DNA of 55,285 nt from Candidatus Kaiserbacteria bacterium CG10_big_fil_rev_8_21_14_0_10_47_16 (GTDB lineage Bacteria > Patescibacteriota > Minisyncoccia > Phycocordibacterales > UBA918): contig PFBI01000006.1 of the NCBI GenBank assembly GCA_002773395.1, positions 86,177 through 141,461 on the forward strand, read 5' to 3'. Shown piece after piece: positions 9,992 to 19,367 of this stretch. The translations under genes were made by a program, and so were the position numbers. The notes beneath the pieces are model-generated. The model saw only the letters and a list, made by a program, of their open reading frames with translations. It made no database searches and had not been told where the DNA came from. Position 1 is the stretch's first letter, and each line of letters opens with the position of its first letter.

Positions 9992-10960
9992 TTACTCGGC
10001 AGTTGTTGATGCCTCCTCGCCTGTAGTATCAACAGGATCAGTTGATGTTGCATGTTCATCGACCAGAACATCTGCAGGAACAGGAATGGTGAATAAGCTG
10101 CTCTTTGCACTCTCTAGATTGTTTTTTGCGGCGTCAAACGATACTTCAGTGACCGGACGTACTCCAACGCTCACAAGACGAAATGACTGAATTGAATTAT
10201 CCGGAAGTACAAACCCGTATTGTTCTGGTTCTGACGATTCAGAACGTATCACGCCAAACCTTCCAATGAATCCCTGTTCGAGCGTCGGAGCGACAACACT
10301 ATCTCCTTCTGCAATAGCGATGTTTTGTGGCACACTCACGCGCACCACACCGTTTCCAACACCACGCGCTGTTGTATAAATATTTGGACCGAACACGTAC
10401 ACCGTCGTCTCAAAATTTGGTGCAGAGAGAAGTGTCACAACCGCGCTGTGCCCTGACACGCTACTCACAAATCCAATGAGCTGATTATTAAAATGGTACA
10501 CCGGCGCGTCGAGGAGAATTCCGTCGTCTGTTCCTCGATCAAGCATCAGTGTGTCGTATGGAATAAACGGTGGTCGTCCGATGACGCCTGCAGCAATACG
10601 CTCATGCGTCGCACCTTCTGTATCACCGAGGAGTGCTCTGAGCTCTGTATTTTCAGATTCTAAGAATTGACGCTCTTCGTCATTGAGATGTGCTTGTGCA
10701 AGTTCGTCACTAAGTCGCGTCACCTCATCACGATACGACTGTGCACTTCGAAGATAGGTTGGGATAATACCCGTTCCATCATGCATCCACGAAGTAGCCG
10801 CGTACCACGGCTTTACCAAAACTGCGGTGGCGCCACCAATGAGACCGCCGAACACATACACGAGCAGTAACGCAACAACGACAATAATCGCAGCGCGCGC
10901 AAGCGGATGCTTATATCCGCGGCGAAAGTTCTCCTTCTTTTTCAATGAGTAATCCCGCAT
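9992..10960 (-). CDS. mreC: Rod shape-determining protein MreC
   Basis: TM helix, coiled coil ENTELRALL, LDRGTDDGI beta domain; follows mreB. Confidence 0.88.
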   Translation of the reverse strand: MRDYSLKKKENFRRGYKHPLARAAIIVVVALLLVYVFGGLIGGATAVLVKPWYAATSWMHDGTGIIPTYLRSAQSYRDEVTRLSDELAQAHLNDEERQFLESENTELRALLGDTEGATHERIAAGVIGRPPFIPYDTLMLDRGTDDGILLDAPVYHFNNQLIGFVSSVSGHSAVVTLLSAPNFETTVYVFGPNIYTTARGVGNGVVRVSVPQNIAIAEGDSVVAPTLEQGFIGRFGVIRSESSEPEQYGFVLPDNSIQSFRLVSVGVRPVTEVSFDAAKNNLESAKSSLFTIPVPADVLVDEHATSTDPVDTTGEEASTTAE

Positions 10961-11984
10961 ATGCTTCAAGATTCTCTAATACCATACCACTTCCACGAAT
11001 AACGGCACGCAGCGGGTCTGGTACGACAATAACCGGCACTTTGAGCACATCTTCAAGAAGTGCTGCAACCCCCGGAATGAGTGCCCCGCCGCCCGAGAGA
11101 TAGATGCCTCTCTGCATCACGTCAGCAAGCACCTCGGGCGGTGTCTCTTCAACCACATCACGCACCGACTCCACGATTGCGTGGATTGAGGATGCAATCG
11201 CTTCCTTAATATCAACGTCAGTAATTACAACCTCTCGCGGAAGTCCGGTAACCACATCACGACCACGAACAATCATTTCTTTCGATTCAGCATTCTGCTC
11301 GACCGACGCAAGGAAGATTTTTGTATCTTCTGCAGTACGTTCTCCAACGAGCACCTTAAACTGGTCGCGAATGTAACTCACGATATCTTGATTGAGTTTG
11401 TCTCCCGCGACCTTAAGATTACGCGACGTTACAATACCTGACAGTGAGAGAACTGCGATGTCCGTCGTACCGCCACCGATATCGATAATCATGTTCCCTT
11501 CCGCTTTGTGAATTGGAAGCTTTGCGCCGATCGCCGCTGCGACAGGTTCTTCAATGAGAAAGACGTCACGCGCGCCTGCATTCTTCGCAACGTCACGTGC
11601 TGCACGCATTTCAACGTTTGTAATTCCAGACGGTACTCCGATGAGTACTCGTGGCGCTATGAGTGATCGTGAGCTTCCGCGGACCTTTGCGATGAGATAC
11701 GCAATCATTTCTTCAGTCACCTCGAAGTCAGAGATAACCCCATCAACGAGCGGCCGCACTACTTCAATGTGAGACGGCGTGCGTCCCTGCATAGTCTTTG
11801 CTTCATTCCCCACGGCGACGAGTTGACCCGTTTTCTTGTTGATAGCAACAATCGTTGGCTCGTTGAGCACGACACCTTTCCCTTTTACATACACAAGCGT
11901 ATTTGCGGTACCAAGATCAATACCAATGTCTGTCGACACTGATTCTAGTATTTTATTTATGCTGTCTTTAATCTGCTTAATCAT
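10911..11984 (-). CDS. mreB: Rod shape-determining protein MreB
   Basis: IGIDLGTANT, EEPVAAAIGA, DIGGGTTD and GGGAL motifs. Confidence 0.95.
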   Translation of the reverse strand: MIKQIKDSINKILESVSTDIGIDLGTANTLVYVKGKGVVLNEPTIVAINKKTGQLVAVGNEAKTMQGRTPSHIEVVRPLVDGVISDFEVTEEMIAYLIAKVRGSSRSLIAPRVLIGVPSGITNVEMRAARDVAKNAGARDVFLIEEPVAAAIGAKLPIHKAEGNMIIDIGGGTTDIAVLSLSGIVTSRNLKVAGDKLNQDIVSYIRDQFKVLVGERTAEDTKIFLASVEQNAESKEMIVRGRDVVTGLPREVVITDVDIKEAIASSIHAIVESVRDVVEETPPEVLADVMQRGIYLSGGGALIPGVAALLEDVLKVPVIVVPDPLRAVIRGSGMVLENLEAYAGLLIEKEGELSPRI

Positions 11985-13251
11985 TATCTTCTTCCGTACC
12001 AGTCGGCATAAAATCATTCAATAATTCTTCTTCGGTGAGGAATCGTACCTCACCCGTTTTCCGAGTGACGACCTCGAACCTTCCCTCTTCTTGAGTTTTC
12101 TTAGAAACGACTACACGGTACGGGATACCAATCAGATCACTGTCTGCAAATTTTTCTCCCGTACGTGCATCACGATCATCGTAGAGTACCTCAACTCCTT
12201 CTTCGGTGAGCGTTGTATACAGACCGTCTGTGTAATCGCGAACGGCGTCATCGTCACTATTGAGGCCTACGAGATGCACCGTAAACGGCGCAACGCTCTC
12301 CGGCCAGACAATCCCCTTCTCATCTGCAAATTTCTCAACAATCACTCCGAGCGCACGTGTGATACCGATACCATACGACGCGAGGAAAACAGGATCTTTT
12401 GAACCTTCTTTGCTCGCAAACGTAATTCCCATTTGTGCAGCTTTATCGGTACCAAAGTTAAAGATATTTCCAATCTCAGCACTCTTCACTTTTTCCAATT
12501 GATCTTTCTCAAGGCCGAGTTCCTTCACTGCTTCATCGAGCACTTCTTCATTCACTGCGATGTTCTTTCCGCGATGTACATACAAAACATCTTCACCGGC
12601 GTCACATACTGTTTGAAATTCATGACTGAATTTTGTAAATGCGCCACCGCTGGCAAACGTAACGTACGTATCAGCACCGAGTCCAAGACGCTTGAAAATA
12701 ACGAGGTATGCCTGTTTTACCTTCTCATAGTATTCGTTGAGGTCTTCTTCTGTGGCATGGAGCGAGTACATGTCTTTCATGATAAATTCCCGACCGCGCA
12801 TAATGCCGCTCTTTGCGCGGAGCTCATTACGAAGTTTTGTTTGAAATTGATAGACACTCGCAGGCAAATCTTTATAACTTGCAACGTACTGTTGCATCAT
12901 ATCCATAATTGGTTCTTCATGACTCCAGCCAAATCCCACTTCACCGCCAACAGCGAGTTCTGACTTAAACCATACGTCAACAGTCTCATCACTCCATCGA
13001 TCGGTTTGCTCCCATAATTCTTTCCGCTGCAAACTACTCATGAGGAGTTCCTGCCCGCCCACACGATTCATTTCCTCACGGACAATGCCTTTGATTTTTT
13101 CAATCACACGGAGTCCAAGCGGGAGGAGATCATACACGCCTGCCATTTCTTTATGTACGTATCCTGCACGAATAAGAAGTTGTGCATTCTTGGACACCTC
13201 ATCTGACGGTGCTTCTTTTCGTGTTTTTGTGAATAGTTGTGATTGACGCAT
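11977..13251 (-). CDS. proS: Proline--tRNA ligase (short form without INS editing domain)
   Basis: FQTKLRNELRAKSGIMRGREFIMKDMYS, SHEFQ, SYGIGITR and anticodon-binding DDR motifs. Confidence 0.95.
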   Translation of the reverse strand: MRQSQLFTKTRKEAPSDEVSKNAQLLIRAGYVHKEMAGVYDLLPLGLRVIEKIKGIVREEMNRVGGQELLMSSLQRKELWEQTDRWSDETVDVWFKSELAVGGEVGFGWSHEEPIMDMMQQYVASYKDLPASVYQFQTKLRNELRAKSGIMRGREFIMKDMYSLHATEEDLNEYYEKVKQAYLVIFKRLGLGADTYVTFASGGAFTKFSHEFQTVCDAGEDVLYVHRGKNIAVNEEVLDEAVKELGLEKDQLEKVKSAEIGNIFNFGTDKAAQMGITFASKEGSKDPVFLASYGIGITRALGVIVEKFADEKGIVWPESVAPFTVHLVGLNSDDDAVRDYTDGLYTTLTEEGVEVLYDDRDARTGEKFADSDLIGIPYRVVVSKKTQEEGRFEVVTRKTGEVRFLTEEELLNDFMPTGTEEDND

Positions 13252-13332
13252 AACGTATGTGCTACCGCAGAATAAACCTCCAAAATGAGCGTACCGAACT
13301 ACCGGCGGTAGCGTACTACGCCTCTTTCTCTC

Positions 13333-13361
13333 ATTCTACCGCTTCCTGTAGGGACGGTCAA
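13333..13361 (-). promoter_or_regulatory. Sigma70-type promoter of the proS-mreBC-mrdA operon
   Basis: TTGACC-N17-TAGAAT on the minus strand. Confidence 0.7.
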
Positions 13362-13379
13362 AATTAAACCGTGGTTTCC

Positions 13380-14444
13380 CTACAAACTAAAGTTTTTGAT
13401 CGAATACAGCTCCTCGTCCTCCGATTCTTCCTCTTTCGCAAGCTCTTCCTCTCGTGCTTCAGGCGTCTGATACATCCCCTTATCTTCAGGCTCCTCGCGC
13501 CATTCACGCGATTCAATCGGTGCGTCTTCGGGACTTTGGATGACTGGTTCTGCCTCAGATGCCATGAGTGGGGTTGCTGCGGCAATATCTGCAACACTGG
13601 CTGCAACTGCTTCGGGATGCTTTTTCGCAAGTGTTGCCAGCAGCTTCTGCAAATCTTCAGCTGAGAAATAATCGATGGTCACCTTCCCTCCATAATCAGT
13701 CTTTGCAATCTGTACGCGGGTACCGAGTGATTCGGTAAATTGCTTCTCGATTGCAATAAGTTCCGGATCAGTATCTTTCCATGTTTGCTTGCGAACCTTA
13801 TCTGTCGCAATTTTTCGACTGATGCGCTCAACTTCACGTACTGATAGTTTCTTGAGGAGAATTTCGCGAAAGACAACGTCTTGTTCTTCAGGACGATCAT
13901 TGAGCATTAAGAGTGTACGCGCGTGACCATCAGAAATATCACCATTTGAAAGTCCGTTGATGATAGTGTCTGGCAAGAGGAGGAGGCGAATTGAGTTTGA
14001 GACATACTCACGACTTCGTCCCACTTTCTTTGCAACATCCGCATGTGAGATTTTAAACTGCTCTGCAAGCTGCTTGAACGCCTTCGCACGATCAACCGCA
14101 TTGAGGTCTTCTCGTTGCAAGTTTTCAATAATAGCGAGCTCAAGCTTCATGAGGTCACTCTCTTCCCCTGTTCGAATGATGACGGGGATTTGTGTGAGTC
14201 CTGCAATCTTTGATGCACGAAGACGGCGCTCACCCGCGATAAGTTCATACTCAGTCTTGAATGCGCCGTCTTCTAAAGAAATTTCTTTCCGAATAACCGT
14301 GACTGGCTGCAATAACCCGTACATCCGGATTGACTCTGCAAGCTCCTTAAGCTTTGACTCATCAAATTCACGCCGCGGCTGGTACGGATTGGGGACGATT
14401 TTTTCTAGTTCTACCCAAAAAATTGAATTACTCTCGTATGCCAT
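13380..14444 (-). CDS. parB: ParB/Spo0J chromosome partitioning protein with acidic C-terminal tail
   Basis: NPYQPRR, GERRLRA, IIENLQREDL and HTH motifs. Confidence 0.93.
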   Translation of the reverse strand: MAYESNSIFWVELEKIVPNPYQPRREFDESKLKELAESIRMYGLLQPVTVIRKEISLEDGAFKTEYELIAGERRLRASKIAGLTQIPVIIRTGEESDLMKLELAIIENLQREDLNAVDRAKAFKQLAEQFKISHADVAKKVGRSREYVSNSIRLLLLPDTIINGLSNGDISDGHARTLLMLNDRPEEQDVVFREILLKKLSVREVERISRKIATDKVRKQTWKDTDPELIAIEKQFTESLGTRVQIAKTDYGGKVTIDYFSAEDLQKLLATLAKKHPEAVAASVADIAAATPLMASEAEPVIQSPEDAPIESREWREEPEDKGMYQTPEAREEELAKEEESEDEELYSIKNFSL

Positions 14445-14583
14445 AAAAGCCCGTGTGATTACCTCCAATAATACGCCTACCCCACTGATGGGATTTTCTT
14501 CATTCTAGCATGCTCAATCTGAAGGGTTGTGTTTATAAGTTCACTATTTTCTGCTACAGTAATGTCGCCACAAGAAGTGGCGG

Positions 14584-14651
14584 CCCCGGCACCAAAATCT
14601 CACAATCTCTCTTTGGTGCCTGTTTTATCTCTCGCTGATTTTGGTGCGGGG
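14584..14651. repeat. Palindromic element CCCCG(G)CACCAAAATC...GATTTTGGTGCGGGG
   Basis: 11-bp perfect inverted repeat plus CCCC/GGGG; half-site CCCCGCACC recurs at 17745. Confidence 0.55.
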
Positions 14652-14707
14652 TAAAAATGGTAGTAATCAGCCCGGTAGGCTGATTACCCGTCATGAATGT
14701 ATTTGAT

Positions 14708-14793
14708 GGGCGAGTGGCGGAATGGTAGACGCGATGGATTCAAATCCCATTGGCCGAAAGGTCGTGAGAGTTCAAGTCTCTCCTCGCCCACCA
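14708..14793 (+). tRNA. tRNA-Leu(CAA)
   Basis: GGGCGAG/CTCGCCC acceptor stem, long variable arm, TTCAA T-loop, encoded CCA; A-C mismatch at the base of the anticodon stem. Confidence 0.88.
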
Positions 14794-14813
14794 AATGTAT
14801 TCATGACAAATTA

Positions 14814-14874
14814 ATGAGATTCAAATCCCATTGGCCGCAAGACCTTGAGAGTTCGATTCTCTCCACACCCACCA
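14814..14874 (+). pseudogene. Diverged 3' two-thirds copy of tRNA-Leu
   Basis: GATTCAAATCCCATTGGCCG..GAGAGTTCGATTCTCTC..CCCACCA; lacks the D arm and the 5' acceptor strand. Confidence 0.8.
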
Positions 14875-14912
14875 TTTGAGTGGGAAACTGTAAACGGACT
14901 AAAAACATATCT

Positions 14913-15293
14913 ATGAAATTCAATAAAGTAAGGGAGTTTTTTGCAATCTTATTAACAGCAATTCTCATTTCAGGTATTGTCTCATTTTGGAATGATCCTG
15001 AAAACTACTCACAGTTTATACGCTGGTCAACCTTTATTTTTGTTTTTTACTATCTCTACACCTCGGTAGAAGAGAATTTTCTGGTTCAAAAAGCTGACAC
15101 CCAAGCGGAAAAACTTACAAAAACAGTAAGTCTACTTGCTGCAACAGCTGTATTTTCTGCTCTGTTAGCTGGAATAATTTTAGATATAAGCCGATTTGAT
15201 CCCTGTGACGGTTGGGCAAAATCTGCAGAATATTGTCAAATAGAAAAAATAAAAGGTCCGTATCACTCCGTCGACCCATACGAAGACTACTAA
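14913..15293 (+). CDS. Hypothetical membrane protein (3 TM), AT-rich
   Basis: Three hydrophobic segments; lies immediately after the tRNA-Leu remnant. Confidence 0.65.
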   Translation: MKFNKVREFFAILLTAILISGIVSFWNDPENYSQFIRWSTFIFVFYYLYTSVEENFLVQKADTQAEKLTKTVSLLAATAVFSALLAGIILDISRFDPCDGWAKSAEYCQIEKIKGPYHSVDPYEDY

Positions 15294-15456
15294 TGATTAG
15301 AGGACGTCTTTTTTAATCTTTGCATATAAACTCGTTGTATCGTAGTAAGTAGAAATTCCAGAGCACCTCTTGAGTATAGACTCAAATAAATAAATTGACA
15401 GGTCAGTTTTATTAATGTAATGATGGAGGTCGATATTTCATTTTGGGAGAAGAAAA

Positions 15457-15756
15457 ATGAAGGTTCAAAAAATCAACAAGGCAAAAATACTCCTCCCAAC
15501 TGCCGAGACAGTGGAGAGGTTGAGCACGATCGAGCCAGGAGTTATCCAATGTTACTACGACGGATTTCTGGCAGGAGACATCGAGTACAGACGGATAAAT
15601 GCCCGTCACACCCAAGAGAAGGCACTTGACGCATACTATGCAGGGGCCGTCGAACTGGTACAGCTTTCTCTCGGATTTGGAAAGTATCTCTATTTGGCTA
15701 TCGGGAAAAAATATCCCCGAAGACCAATCCCACGGCCAGTCCGTATCAAACTTTAA
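15457..15756 (+). CDS. Hypothetical protein, phage-like small protein
   Basis: GGGAG SD, TTGACA at 15395, downstream terminator; YYDGFLAGD...GAVELVQ...YLYLAI pattern. Confidence 0.6.
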   Translation: MKVQKINKAKILLPTAETVERLSTIEPGVIQCYYDGFLAGDIEYRRINARHTQEKALDAYYAGAVELVQLSLGFGKYLYLAIGKKYPRRPIPRPVRIKL

Positions 15757-15770
15757 TACTCTGAATGAGT

Positions 15771-15806
15771 AAGGCACGACCCTCGGGTACGGCCTTTTTC
15801 TTTTTA
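15771..15806 (+). terminator. Terminator after the 15457..15756 ORF
   Basis: Imperfect AAGGC..CCC-TC-GGG..GCCTT hairpin followed by TTTTCTTTTT. Confidence 0.55.
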
Positions 15807-15884
15807 TTGACATTCCCGAGAATGAGGACACAATTACAGTGTTAGCACTGGTGGCTGACAAGGGGCCGTAGGTACATAATTTTT

Positions 15885-16508
15885 ATGACTGGCTTTCTTT
15901 CAGGTCTCATCACAAAACTCTACCGAGATGAGGAGGTTCTCAAAACTCCTGTGGTGGTTGATGCGTTTCGACGTATTGATCGTATTGATTTTGTCCCCGA
16001 AAAATTTAAAAAAGATGCATACGGTGATTTCCCCCTCCCTATTGGGTATGGGCAATCAACAGTCCGTCCGTACACGGCTGCCTTCATGCTTGAACACCTT
16101 TGTTTGACAAAAGGTCAAACAGTGCTCGAAGTAGGAGCCGGCTCATGCTGGATGGCAGCGCTCATGGGATACATCGTTGGAAACACAGGTCATGTCTATG
16201 CAGTCGAGCGTATTCCTGAACTCACCGCATTTGGAAAGGAAAATCTTGCAAAGTATAATCTCCCGCATGTAGAAGTACTTCCCACAGGAAATACACTCGG
16301 ACTTCCTGAACATTCTCCTTACGACCGAGTTGTCGTGTCTGCAAGCACCGATGTGCTACCACAAGAACTCGTCGAACAGCTCACTGTCGGTGGAATAATG
16401 ATAATTCCCATCGGCCCGTACATTTGTCGTATAACACGCACTTCAGCACAGAACCACACGACTGAGCGCTTCAAAGGATTCGCCTTTGTGCCACTCGTCG
16501 GTTCGTAA
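15885..16508 (+). CDS. pcm: Protein-L-isoaspartate O-methyltransferase
   Basis: AYGDFPLPIGYGQ, VLEVGAGS, PYDRVVVSA and EQL..GG...IPIG motifs. Confidence 0.9.
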   Translation: MTGFLSGLITKLYRDEEVLKTPVVVDAFRRIDRIDFVPEKFKKDAYGDFPLPIGYGQSTVRPYTAAFMLEHLCLTKGQTVLEVGAGSCWMAALMGYIVGNTGHVYAVERIPELTAFGKENLAKYNLPHVEVLPTGNTLGLPEHSPYDRVVVSASTDVLPQELVEQLTVGGIMIIPIGPYICRITRTSAQNHTTERFKGFAFVPLVGS

Positions 16509-16510
16509 CC

Positions 16511-17044
16511 TTAATTGACGATACGCTTTACCAACTTCTCTCCCACAACATCAAGTGTGAGTGTGGCTGGTGTATTTGGATCCTCATACATTGCCTGCCC
16601 TTCTCCATGAATCATATAATTGATCGTAATGGTAATTCCAGAAACGTCGATACTGGTAATATCGATGCGGTCACCAATCGGGAATGAACTGAGATGTTTT
16701 AGTTTTGCATCAAAGAGTCCAAGGTATAAAAATTCTCCTGAGCCGCCGGAATTATGTGCAAATGGCGCAACGGTGCGTCCATCACTCATTTTTTCTGCTT
16801 TATCCTCAAGCACCACAACGGTACCGCGTTCAGCGTCGCCGTCATTGTATTCCCCCATTGGGTAATTATTGGTTGAACTTGGTGATGTCGTATCAAGGAC
16901 AACGGTAATATCTTTCGTCCCAGGGACAGTGAGCGTTGCCCCCTTAAAAGATTCTGGAGATCCAGAAAACCAGCCTTTATAATAGCCGAATCCTGCTACC
17001 GCAATAAGCGCAACGATGACAATTGCAATAATTCCTTTTTTCAT
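16511..17044 (-). CDS. Membrane-anchored exported hypothetical protein
   Basis: N-terminal signal/TM segment; NSGGSGEFLYL and GDRI motifs. Confidence 0.75.
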   Translation of the reverse strand: MKKGIIAIVIVALIAVAGFGYYKGWFSGSPESFKGATLTVPGTKDITVVLDTTSPSSTNNYPMGEYNDGDAERGTVVVLEDKAEKMSDGRTVAPFAHNSGGSGEFLYLGLFDAKLKHLSSFPIGDRIDITSIDVSGITITINYMIHGEGQAMYEDPNTPATLTLDVVGEKLVKRIVN

Positions 17045-17073
17045 ACAAAAAAGTATACCACGCGATTCCTTTT

Positions 17074-17151
17074 ACTTAATACGCCTTTATTGGCAATAAC
17101 GACGAGAAGCTCGATAAGCGTGAACCCGCGACGATAACTATATGCATCCAT
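17074..17151 (-). pseudogene. Type IV pilin N-terminal stub
   Basis: MDAYSYRRGFTLIELLVVIANKGVLS: prepilin cleavage motif with no globular domain. Confidence 0.6.
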
Positions 17152-17300
17152 GTATATAAAAGTGACTTTCATACACATTGTAATCCCCGGCATATGTTCT
17201 GTATATGAGAAAGTACTGGCCACTATGGAGATAAATGTATCCCTCCGTTAGAAACGGTTAAACGTTCATGAAAAATTTTTGTGTACGAAAATGTAACTCG

Positions 17301-17678
17301 TTAGAAACTTACGTACAGAAGATAGAAACCAACAAGTGTGATTGCCCACACGAGAAGTCGTATCATGTTGCGATTGCCTGCAAGTCGTTTCCCCCACTCT
17401 GCCGTCATGTCGGGCATAAAGAGTCGCATCACCCCCTTAAGAAGTGCTGCCCAGACGATAACCGTAACAACGACACGCCATGTTCCGTCCCAGATATTGT
17501 GCATAAGCACCAACGGTACACCTATAAAGAGTGCGACAAACCCGGTTACAAAAATAAAATCTCGTTTTGCGAGTGTCGCAATCAGTGTCTCAACCGCTCG
17601 TGGTCGAACAATCATTGCTATCCCTGTTATCACGAAATAGAGCCCAAATACTTGCGCCAAAAAAATTGAAATGTCCAT
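17301..17678 (-). CDS. Hypothetical integral membrane protein (4 TM)
   Basis: FLAQVFG, HNIW and KG..RL..P pattern; hydrophobic. Confidence 0.8.
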   Translation of the reverse strand: MDISIFLAQVFGLYFVITGIAMIVRPRAVETLIATLAKRDFIFVTGFVALFIGVPLVLMHNIWDGTWRVVVTVIVWAALLKGVMRLFMPDMTAEWGKRLAGNRNMIRLLVWAITLVGFYLLYVSF

Positions 17679-17767
17679 AGAATACTTAGAATTAGATTAG
17701 TAACTTGCTTCATTACTACGCTCAAACTGTCTATCTATAGTATACCCCGCACCGAGACCGTCTGGGA

Positions 17768-18256
17768 TTATGCCTGTGTTTTTACAAACTTCTTCTTAAA
17801 GCCGTTAAAACAAACGTAAAAGAAAGCAAGAAATCCTATATATATTGTTGCAATTATCCAGAGTGGTGTTTCGTTAAATGGGAGAGTCGAAACAAAGAAT
17901 AGTGCGTACCAAGACCCTCCTGCAAGAATGGGACCGAACCGCATCGGCATAACGTGTTTTGTCATGAGTAATCCGTTAAGAACTACAACACCGATCAAAA
18001 ACCATTGTGCGATATAGACATTCGTCACCACAAACCCTGGCTGCAGTGCAAAGCCGATGAGCGCCAAAATAAGAAGCGCCTGCCCAATGCGCAGAACGTG
18101 GTATACCGTGTGCATAAGGCGTTTTTCAGAAGGATCAATGGTGCCATCTGAAAGTGCGACCATATAAAAAGTAATCGCAAATGTAGAAGAGCCCACTGCC
18201 CACGTCAGCCCGAGACTAAATAAAACGTCGATGATGATTGGAAACATTGTTTGCAT
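17768..18256 (-). CDS. Hypothetical integral membrane protein
   Basis: About five hydrophobic segments; DGTIDPSE loop. Confidence 0.75.
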   Translation of the reverse strand: MQTMFPIIIDVLFSLGLTWAVGSSTFAITFYMVALSDGTIDPSEKRLMHTVYHVLRIGQALLILALIGFALQPGFVVTNVYIAQWFLIGVVVLNGLLMTKHVMPMRFGPILAGGSWYALFFVSTLPFNETPLWIIATIYIGFLAFFYVCFNGFKKKFVKTQA

Positions 18257-18318
18257 ATACCCATTAGCGTAGCGTGTACGTACAAAAATACAATGCCGTC
18301 TTGGGTACTCCTGTGGGA

Positions 18319-19284
18319 TTACTGCCCGACGATTGCAGCGATACTGATTGTTTGTGCCAGAATAAAGAGAACATAGAAGCTAAAGAGAACGATACCTTCC
18401 CGCCTTGAAAGTGTGCATTTTGAACGAACGAAGATAGCAAGGAGTACAAACCCGAAGCACATCAGTATCGCGGTAACGAGGAATTGTTCCGAAGCAATGG
18501 TAAACGTGCCGTTTGCGAGCACAAGAAATGCAAAGATTGGAGTGTTAGTCACCGCTGAACCAAGATAGTTCCCAAACGCAATCGCCTTCTGTTTTTTCCG
18601 AAGCGCCTGCACTGCCACCATAATCTCAGGCACGTTGGTCCCAATGGAAAGGAGTACGAGCCCGATAATAGATTGCGGGACAGAGAGTGCGGTTGCAAAA
18701 TATACAGACTCAGTCACTAGGATATGACCCGCAAAGAATATGACGACGGCACCGATGACTGTTTTTGTTATATAAAACCATAACCGCGATGTTGTCTCTG
18801 GTTCTGGTATCTCTATTTCCACATCCTGTATCTGCGGCTGATTACGGATTGCAAAGAGAAGCGTGACGTACGCAGCGAGGAGCAGGAAACCTTCTTGCCT
18901 CGTGACACTACCATCGATAACAAAAAGTACCGGAAGGACCGATACGAGCAATGCGAGTATCAAATTTCGGTCAGTGAGCGTATTCTTAAGCTCAATCTTA
19001 CCTGAAGCAACCGCAAGAAGCGGCACAATGAGAAGCAAAATAACAAACGATGCGCCAACAAGATTCCCTACCGAAACTTGCGGTACTCCTTCGAGTGAAG
19101 CATTAACGGCAACTGAAATTTCACTAATGGAGGTAAAGAACCCGAGAATAAAAAAGGCGACCACAAAGCCACTTTTATTAATATGGCGAGCGATTTGATT
19201 CACGGTCTCAATGAGACTACCGCTGAAATACCAAATAACAGCAAGCGAAGTGAGGAATAGTACGACGTGCACAATTGCGTCCAT
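18319..19284 (-). CDS. Sodium:calcium antiporter family protein (YrbG/CaCA)
   Basis: Two alpha repeats, FTSISE...GNLVGAS and GTNVPE...GNYLGS. Confidence 0.88.
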   Translation of the reverse strand: MDAIVHVVLFLTSLAVIWYFSGSLIETVNQIARHINKSGFVVAFFILGFFTSISEISVAVNASLEGVPQVSVGNLVGASFVILLLIVPLLAVASGKIELKNTLTDRNLILALLVSVLPVLFVIDGSVTRQEGFLLLAAYVTLLFAIRNQPQIQDVEIEIPEPETTSRLWFYITKTVIGAVVIFFAGHILVTESVYFATALSVPQSIIGLVLLSIGTNVPEIMVAVQALRKKQKAIAFGNYLGSAVTNTPIFAFLVLANGTFTIASEQFLVTAILMCFGFVLLAIFVRSKCTLSRREGIVLFSFYVLFILAQTISIAAIVGQ

Positions 19285-19331
19285 ATCCACAACGATACCA
19301 TACCGCTCTGTATGTGCTGAACGTATATACC

Positions 19332-19367
19332 AAAACAGAGGACCTTGCTAAATGCAAAATCCTCTGC
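19332..19367 (-). terminator. Intrinsic terminator upstream of the antiporter
   Basis: Minus strand reads CAGAGGATTTTGC-ATTTA-GCAAGGTCCTCTG-TTTT. Confidence 0.7.

Noticed and set aside
14735-14751. Reading the tRNA anticodon as TCA (Sec or opal suppressor)
   Set aside because: Standard arm spacing centres CAA in a 7-nt loop, the tRNA has Leu features (A discriminator, long variable arm), and ORFs are intact in code 11
15840-15860. TTAGCACT, a CIRCE-like half site upstream of pcm
   Set aside because: There is no GAGTGCTAA right arm at N9, and no CIRCE was seen upstream of groES either
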